DNA from: Actinomycetota bacterium | GTDB taxonomy: Bacteria > Actinomycetota > Acidimicrobiia > Acidimicrobiales > Ilumatobacteraceae | DNA: 52,301 nt | Reading direction: 5' to 3' | NCBI GenBank assembly: GCA_046051205.1 | Contig: JBJOOQ010000001.1 | Location: 1-52,301 of the forward strand | Part shown: in pieces, positions 46,272 to 52,301 of the stretch | How positions within the stretch are numbered: position 1 is the first letter of the stretch | How the letters are laid out: each line of letters opens with the position of its first letter | The notes under the pieces: model-generated | The model's input: only the letters and a program-made list of their open reading frames with translations | The model's database searches: none | What the model was told of the DNA's origin: nothing | Translations under genes and position numbers: made by a program

Positions 46272-46904
46272 ATGAAATTGATTGGGCTTACAGGCGCAAT
46301 TGGATCGGGAAAGTCTTCGGTATCTGTGCTGTTCGCGCGTAAAGGTGCAGTCATCATCGATGGTGACGGTATTGCTAAGCAGTTACAACAAAAAGATTCT
46401 GCAACGCTCCAAAAAATGGTCGATGAGTTCGGCGATGTTTTGCTTGAATCCGGAGAACTAGATCGAGCAAAGGTCGCTCAGTTGGTCTTCGGTGACCCGG
46501 AGATGCTGAAGAAGTTGAACGCCATCATGCATCCTGCAATTGGTGCAGAGATCATTCGTCTGATCGAAGAAAACTTGGACTCGGACAATGTGGTCATTCT
46601 TGACATGCCGTTGTTGGTAGAGAACCCTCGAGAAGGTCTTTCGGGTCTGGTCATCGTTGACGTTGACCCTGAAGTTGCAATCTCGCGACTGGTGCAATTT
46701 CGAGGCATGAACGAAGAAGATGCGAGACGTCGTATGGCTAGTCAGGCAAGTCGTGAAGATCGACTTCTGGTGGCTGATCGAGTGATTGACAACAGTGGCG
46801 ACATTGATGCGCTCACGACACAAGTGGATGAAGTTTGGGATTGGTTCGCGACACTTCCGAATGCTCAGCAAGGTGCTGGCGCTGTTTCGAAGAAGAGTAA
46901 ATAG
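46272..46904 (+). CDS. coaE: Dephospho-CoA kinase
   Basis: P-loop [11 protein letters not shown] and short single-domain form (210 aa). Confidence 0.92.
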   Translation: MKLIGLTGAIGSGKSSVSVLFARKGAVIIDGDGIAKQLQQKDSATLQKMVDEFGDVLLESGELDRAKVAQLVFGDPEMLKKLNAIMHPAIGAEIIRLIEENLDSDNVVILDMPLLVENPREGLSGLVIVDVDPEVAISRLVQFRGMNEEDARRRMASQASREDRLLVADRVIDNSGDIDALTTQVDEVWDWFATLPNAQQGAGAVSKKSK

Positions 46905-48934
46905 TGACCGTTGATAATCAGCGTTTTGAAGTTGTATCCGATTATCAGCCAGCGGGAGACCAGCCGAAAGCAATAGCTCAGTTGGCCGAAGGTATTGAGC
47001 GAGGCGACAGGTTTCAAACACTGCTTGGAATTACCGGCTCGGGTAAATCGGCAACCGTTGCGTGGACCATTGAAAAGGTTCAACGACCGACTCTGATTCT
47101 TGCTCCAAACAAGAGCCTTGCTGCTCAATTAGCGCAGGAGATGAAAGAGTTCTTCCCTAAGAACCGTGTTGAGTATTTCGTCAGTTACTACGACTACTAC
47201 CAGCCGGAGGCGTACATCGCGTCAAGCGACACCTTCATTGAAAAGGACTCATCGGTAAACGACGAAATAGATCGGTTGCGACACTCGGCGACTGCTGCAT
47301 TGCTCACGCGACGAGACACCATTGTGGTGGCATCAGTCAGTTGCATTTACGGAATGGGAAACCCAGAGGAGTATCGGGGAAACCTTCTAGAACTTCATGT
47401 TGGTGTCGATTACGACCAACGCAGTTTGCTTCGCCGGCTTGTCGACCTGCAATATGACCGCAATGACATGACACTTGGTCGCGGAAACTTCCGCGTTCGC
47501 GGTGACACCATTGAAGTGCAGCCCGCTTATGACGAGACCGTCACACGAATTGAAATGTTCGGCGACACCGTTGAGCGAATCACGATCGTTGATGCCCTAA
47601 CAGGTGAGACCGTGAACGATATGAGTGAAGTGTTGATCTTTCCAGCAACTCATTATGTTGCTGGAGATGAACGCATGAGGAAGGCCGTACTCGGTATCGA
47701 ACACGAGTTGCAGGTACGCCTGAAGCAGTTTGAAACAGAAGGCAAGTTGTTAGAGGCACAACGTCTGAGAATGCGCACTCAATACGACCTTGAGATGATC
47801 GCCGAAGTTGGATTCTGTAATGGCATTGAAAACTATTCAATGCACATCGACGGTCGATCGCCAGGAGAGCCGCCGTTTACTTTGCTGGACTATTTCCCCG
47901 ATGATTACCTCTTGGTGGTCGACGAGAGTCACGTCACTATTCCGCAGCTTCATGGTCAGTTCGCCGGAGATCGCAGTCGCAAAGCAACACTCGTTGAGCA
48001 CGGGTTCAGATTGCCATCGGCTGCCGATAACCGACCGCTGCAATTTGAGGAAGCAATGCAAAGGATTAATCAATGCATTTTCCTTTCTGCAACACCAGCG
48101 AAATTTGAAATAGCAACGAGCCAGCAAGTTGTAGAGCAGATTGTTCGCCCAACTGGCTTGGTTGACCCAGAAGTAATTGTGAGGCCAACCAAAGGTCAGA
48201 TCGACGACATCATCGAAATGGTCAACGGCAGGGTTGAAGCTGGCGATCGTGTGCTTATTACTACCTTGACGAAGAAGATGGCTGAAGATTTGAGTGAGTA
48301 CTTGCTTGAGCAGGGCCTCAAGGTTCGATATTTGCATTCAAATATCGACACCATCCAACGAATTGAAATCCTGCGCGCATTGCGCCTAGGTGAATTCGAT
48401 GTTCTAGTGGGCATCAACCTGCTCCGCGAGGGTTTGGACTTACCTGAGGTTTCGCTCGTAGCAATTCTGGATGCAGATAAGGAAGGTTTCTTGCGTAGCG
48501 AAACATCACTTATTCAGATGATCGGACGTGCCGCTCGAAATGTAAATGGCCAGGTGGTCATGTATGCCGATAAACGGACTCCGTCAATGGACCGCGCAAT
48601 TGGAGAAACGCAGCGTCGCCGAGAACGACAGATTGCGTATAACAAGGAACACAACATCAATCCTCAGACCATTCGTAAGGCCGTTGGAGATATTCTGTCT
48701 GTGCTTCGTCCGTCCGAAGGTGCCACATCTACGACTAAGAGCGGCCGTCGTGACCGTGAGCGTGAAAAGGTTGTGAACGAATTGCGTTCCTTGCCGCAGC
48801 AGGAACTTGGTCGACTGATTCAAACCCTTGAGGAAGAGATGAATCTCGCAGCCTCGGAGTTGAAGTTTGAGTATGCGGCACGTCTCCGTGATGAAATCAA
48901 AGATTTACGACGCGAACTTCGCGACGCTAAGTAA
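46904..48934 (+). CDS. uvrB: Excinuclease ABC subunit B
   Basis: [12 protein letters not shown] box (VVDESHVT), and the C-terminal UVR domain [15 protein letters not shown]. The GTG start shares 1 nt with the coaE TAG. Confidence 0.96.
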   Translation: MTVDNQRFEVVSDYQPAGDQPKAIAQLAEGIERGDRFQTLLGITGSGKSATVAWTIEKVQRPTLILAPNKSLAAQLAQEMKEFFPKNRVEYFVSYYDYYQPEAYIASSDTFIEKDSSVNDEIDRLRHSATAALLTRRDTIVVASVSCIYGMGNPEEYRGNLLELHVGVDYDQRSLLRRLVDLQYDRNDMTLGRGNFRVRGDTIEVQPAYDETVTRIEMFGDTVERITIVDALTGETVNDMSEVLIFPATHYVAGDERMRKAVLGIEHELQVRLKQFETEGKLLEAQRLRMRTQYDLEMIAEVGFCNGIENYSMHIDGRSPGEPPFTLLDYFPDDYLLVVDESHVTIPQLHGQFAGDRSRKATLVEHGFRLPSAADNRPLQFEEAMQRINQCIFLSATPAKFEIATSQQVVEQIVRPTGLVDPEVIVRPTKGQIDDIIEMVNGRVEAGDRVLITTLTKKMAEDLSEYLLEQGLKVRYLHSNIDTIQRIEILRALRLGEFDVLVGINLLREGLDLPEVSLVAILDADKEGFLRSETSLIQMIGRAARNVNGQVVMYADKRTPSMDRAIGETQRRRERQIAYNKEHNINPQTIRKAVGDILSVLRPSEGATSTTKSGRRDREREKVVNELRSLPQQELGRLIQTLEEEMNLAASELKFEYAARLRDEIKDLRRELRDAK

Positions 48935-48954
48935 CAAGTAAGTAGTCTGCTGTC

Positions 48955-51837
48955 ATGCCTCCAGCGAAGAAGAAGCCTGTTTATTCGGCGGGGGTCATTT
49001 CCGTTCGTGGTGCGCGGGAGCACAACCTTAAGAACATCAACGTTGAGGTTCCTCGCGACAAGTTGATCGCGCTCACCGGTCTTTCAGGAAGCGGAAAAAG
49101 CAGTTTGGCCTTCGACACCATTTATGCCGAAGGGCAGCGTCGTTATGTTGAGTCGCTCAGCGCCTATGCGCGACAGTTTCTTGGCCAAATGGACAAGCCG
49201 GATGTCGATGTCATTGAGGGTTTGTCGCCAGCTATCTCCATTGACCAAAAGACTGCATCCAAGAATCCGCGTTCAACGGTTGGCACGATCACCGAGATCT
49301 ATGACTACTTGCGGTTGCTTTGGGCGCGCATCGGAGTTCAGCATTGCCCGAAAGACGGCATTGCATTGCAGCGCCAAACACCTCAGCAAATTGTTGATCG
49401 AATTTTGGAACTTCCGGCAGGGACAAGATTCCAGGTATTGGCTCCGGTGGTTCGTGGTCGTAAAGGTGAGTACGAGAACCTTCTTGGAGAACTTCTTGCT
49501 CAGGGTTACTCCCGTGCACGAATTGACGATCAGGTAGTTGATATTTCGGAATTTTTGAAAAAGGGCGACAAGCTTGCGCGCTACGAGAATCACAGTATTG
49601 ACATCATCGTCGACCGCCTCGTGCAGAAGGCTGGAATAAACCGACGTCTGACCGACAGCCTCGAGACGGCGCTGAAACTTGCCGATGGTGTCGCTGGTAT
49701 CGAAATAATGAGCGGTAAAGGTGACGAGCAAGGCGAAGTCATTACGTTTAGCCAACACATGGCATGCCCGAAGTGCAGCGCCAGTTTTGATGAGCTGGCA
49801 CCGAGAAACTTCTCGTTCAACTCACCTTTTGGTGCATGTGAAACCTGCCTTGGTTTAGGTACCCGATATGAAGTTGAAGAAGAACTCGTAGTTCCTGATC
49901 CGGAGTTATCAATTCTTCAGGGAGCGATAGCACCTTGGCGATCGGCGCACACGCAGTATTTCCAACGCATGCTTGAAGCAGTAGCCGAGGAGTACTCGAT
50001 TCCGCTCAATGTGAAGTGGGAGAAGCTTTCCGACAAAAACAAAAACATCATCATGCACGGAGCAGGTGACGCTTTGATGGTGAAGTACAAGAACCGTTAC
50101 GGACGGTCCCGCGAGTACAGCACTTCGTATGAAGGTGTTGTCCCGTGGATTAAGCGTCGTCATGAAAGTGCAGAAGGCGAGTATTCACGCGAGCAGTTTG
50201 AGAGTTATATGCGCGAAGCACCCTGTAAAGCGTGCAAAGGTCAGCGGTTAAAGCCATCATCGCTTGCCGTGAAAGTTAACGACAAGAGTTTGAGTGAAAT
50301 CTGTGACCTGTCAATCGGAAACTCTGCAGAGTTTTTGAAGGGCCTGAAGCTTGGCGATCGCGACAAAATGATTGCAGAACGAATTACGAAAGAAATTAAC
50401 GCTCGACTTGGGTTTTTGCTTTCGGTAGGCCTTGACTATCTCACGCTGTCACGTGCCGCAGCAACGTTGGCTGGCGGTGAGGCGCAACGGATTCGTCTTG
50501 CAAGTCAGATTGGCTCGGGGCTTGTCGGCACCCTGTACGTGCTTGACGAACCAAGTATTGGTTTGCATCAGCGCGACAATCATCGACTGATTGAAACCCT
50601 TGTTCGTCTTCGCGATCTTGGTAACACTGTCATGGTTGTTGAGCACGACGAAGACACCATTCGCGCATCCGATTGGATCGTCGACATCGGTCCCGGTGCA
50701 GGCGAGCACGGTGGCGAGGTTGTCTACAGCGGTGAAGTCGCCGGTATCGAGAAGGTTGCAAAATCAATCACCGGTCAATATTTGAGCGGAAAGAAGTTCG
50801 TTCCGGTTCCTGCTGAAAGGCGCGCTCCGAGGAAGGAGTGGCTCACTATTCGTGGTGCGCGCGAGCACAACCTGCAAAACCTCACAGCAAAGATCCCATT
50901 GGGACTGTTCGTTGCTGTCACTGGCGTATCGGGTAGCGGGAAAAGCACGTTGATTCGCGACATCTTGTTGCCCTCGCTCATGCAGAAGATCTACAAGTCG
51001 AAGGACGCACCAGGCAAGCACACGGCCGTTGACGGAGTCCAACATCTGGACAAGGTAATTGATATGGATCAATCTCCGATCGGTAGAACACCTCGTTCAA
51101 ACCCTGCAACGTACACCGGAGTATTCGACGACATCCGTAAGTTGTTCGCAACTACTCCAGAAGCAAAGGTTCGTGGCTATCAACCTGGTCGATTCAGCTT
51201 CAATGTCCCTGGTGGTCGCTGCGAAGCGTGTTCTGGCGACGGAACAATCAAGATTGAAATGGTGTTCTTGCCCGATGTGTACGTGCCATGCGATGTATGC
51301 AAAGGCGAGCGCTACAACCGTGACACGTTAGACATTTTGTTTAAGGGAAAGAACATTTCTCAGATACTTGATATGCCGATATCAGAAGCGGTCGATTTTT
51401 TCACCAATCAGCCTCGAATCGGAAGGCACATGCAAACTTTGCTCGATGTGGGGCTGGGATACGTGCGATTGGGTCAGTCGGCGCCAACGCTTTCAGGCGG
51501 CGAAGCACAGCGAGTGAAACTTGCAGCAGAGCTCGCGAAGCGCAGCACTGGTCGAACGATTTATCTGCTTGACGAGCCAACCACTGGATTGCACTTTGAA
51601 GACGTGCGCCGATTGTTGACAGTTCTTGCACGTCTCGTTGAAACAGGCAACACCGTTTTGGTGATCGAACACAATCTTGATGTGATCAAGACTGCTGACT
51701 GGATTATTGACATGGGTCCAGAGGGCGGAGACGGCGGTGGACGGATAATCGCCGAGGGAACGCCTGAAGACGTCGCAAAGGTGAAGGGGAGCTACACCGG
51801 CAAGTTCCTTGGACCGCTGTTGAAAAAGAAGCAATAG
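48955..51837 (+). CDS. uvrA: Excinuclease ABC subunit A
   Basis: Two ABC halves (GLSGSGKSS and GVSGSGKST; LSGGEAQR twice) and zinc-finger Cys pairs. Confidence 0.97.
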   Translation: MPPAKKKPVYSAGVISVRGAREHNLKNINVEVPRDKLIALTGLSGSGKSSLAFDTIYAEGQRRYVESLSAYARQFLGQMDKPDVDVIEGLSPAISIDQKTASKNPRSTVGTITEIYDYLRLLWARIGVQHCPKDGIALQRQTPQQIVDRILELPAGTRFQVLAPVVRGRKGEYENLLGELLAQGYSRARIDDQVVDISEFLKKGDKLARYENHSIDIIVDRLVQKAGINRRLTDSLETALKLADGVAGIEIMSGKGDEQGEVITFSQHMACPKCSASFDELAPRNFSFNSPFGACETCLGLGTRYEVEEELVVPDPELSILQGAIAPWRSAHTQYFQRMLEAVAEEYSIPLNVKWEKLSDKNKNIIMHGAGDALMVKYKNRYGRSREYSTSYEGVVPWIKRRHESAEGEYSREQFESYMREAPCKACKGQRLKPSSLAVKVNDKSLSEICDLSIGNSAEFLKGLKLGDRDKMIAERITKEINARLGFLLSVGLDYLTLSRAAATLAGGEAQRIRLASQIGSGLVGTLYVLDEPSIGLHQRDNHRLIETLVRLRDLGNTVMVVEHDEDTIRASDWIVDIGPGAGEHGGEVVYSGEVAGIEKVAKSITGQYLSGKKFVPVPAERRAPRKEWLTIRGAREHNLQNLTAKIPLGLFVAVTGVSGSGKSTLIRDILLPSLMQKIYKSKDAPGKHTAVDGVQHLDKVIDMDQSPIGRTPRSNPATYTGVFDDIRKLFATTPEAKVRGYQPGRFSFNVPGGRCEACSGDGTIKIEMVFLPDVYVPCDVCKGERYNRDTLDILFKGKNISQILDMPISEAVDFFTNQPRIGRHMQTLLDVGLGYVRLGQSAPTLSGGEAQRVKLAAELAKRSTGRTIYLLDEPTTGLHFEDVRRLLTVLARLVETGNTVLVIEHNLDVIKTADWIIDMGPEGGDGGGRIIAEGTPEDVAKVKGSYTGKFLGPLLKKKQ

Positions 51838-51840
51838 GCA

Positions 51841-52301
51841 GTGCAACGGCCGTCGATTCCTATTCCAGATACGCCAGGGTCGTATCAATTCAAGGATGAA
51901 CAAGGCGGGGTCATTTACGTTGGTAAAGCAATAAATCTGCGTTCGCGTGTGGGCAGTTATTTCGCCGAACCTCATACGCTCCACCCACGAACCGCAAAAA
52001 TGATGTCTGTTGCCGCGAGCGTTGAATGGATTGAGGTTCGCAACGAAGTTGAAGCACTGATTCTTGAGTACAACTTGATCAAGGAACATCGTCCACGATT
52101 CAACATTCGACTTCGTGACGATAAGAGCTATCCGTTTCTAGCCATCACACTGGATGAGGAATGGCCCCGCGCAATGGTGATGCGTGGCAGGCGTCGCAAA
52201 GGAACGAAGTACTTCGGCCCATATGTCAATGCATGGGTCATTCGAGACACTCTTGAACTTGTGCTCCGCACGTTTCCTGTTCGTACATGTTCGAACGGTG
52301 T
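51841..52301 (+). CDS. uvrC: Excinuclease ABC subunit C, N-terminal part (3' end outside the window)
   Basis: It is absent from the ORF track because it runs off the window. A GTG at 51841 opens an uninterrupted frame, [41 protein letters not shown]...[28 protein letters not shown] (GIY-YIG domain). Confidence 0.9.
   Translation, partial: MQRPSIPIPDTPGSYQFKDEQGGVIYVGKAINLRSRVGSYFAEPHTLHPRTAKMMSVAASVEWIEVRNEVEALILEYNLIKEHRPRFNIRLRDDKSYPFLAITLDEEWPRAMVMRGRRRKGTKYFGPYVNAWVIRDTLELVLRTFPVRTCSNG

Noticed and set aside
49003-50885. Nucleotide-level repeat GGTGCGCG(G/C)GAGCACAACCT at about 49008 and about 50853
   Set aside because: It encodes RGAREHNL at the start of each of the two ABC halves of UvrA. 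This is the ancient internal duplication of the protein, not a repeat element.
1-52301. Searched for CRISPR arrays, IS elements/transposases, integrases, phage genes, toxin-antitoxin pairs, defence-system ATPases/nucleases and rRNA genes
   Set aside because: None was found. Every ORF over 100 aa is accounted for by a housekeeping or metabolic family, or by one of three small hypothetical proteins. The largest non-coding gap is 169 bp.

Overview
This 52.3 kb window is densely packed, almost entirely protein-coding chromosome with no mobile elements, CRISPR arrays or long repeats that I could see. Gene content and local synteny point to Actinomycetota. The pdtaR-polA-rpsA-coaE-uvrB-uvrA order and the phoH-ybeY-corC...era...recO/uppS neighbourhood resemble, from memory, the Mycobacterium Rv1626-Rv1638 and Rv2361c-Rv2368c regions. 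A stand-alone trpF, a fabG/fabZ-containing FAS-II cluster, about 50% GC by eye and tiny intergenic spacers suggest a streamlined non-actinomycete lineage; that placement is inference.

I call 53 CDS (one interrupted, one running off the 3' end), one tRNA-Leu(CAA), two candidate terminator hairpins and one leader region. The functional blocks are:
- an acyl-CoA ligase/PhyH dioxygenase/DUF1295 group
- a membrane GGDEF-EAL protein
- phoH-ybeY-corC
- a menaquinone cluster (menE, A, H, D, F, G plus an embedded FrnE-type DsbA)
- acyl-CoA dehydrogenase, F420-type LLM oxidoreductase and MaoC dehydratase
- era
- an MtrA/MtrB/LpqB-like module
- dinG, uppS, recO and glyQS
- trpCFBA, bcp and a FAS-II cluster
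- polA, rpsA, coaE and a contiguous uvrB-uvrA-uvrC

Most of the window is housekeeping. The best candidate for something undescribed is a head-to-head pair of cis-prenyltransferase paralogs at 27.9-29.3 kb with reciprocal motif loss. The catalytic UppS lacks the C-terminal RxG motif. Its neighbour is catalytically dead but retains RxG. This mirrors the eukaryotic DHDDS/NgBR heteromer. Secondary candidates are a FabD fused to a lysine-less BCCP-like domain, and a tRNA-Leu whose CCA end sits 2 nt from the ATG of a coiled-coil ORF that is translationally coupled to a PdtaR-like ANTAR regulator.

All homology statements come from motif recognition by eye. No searches were run.
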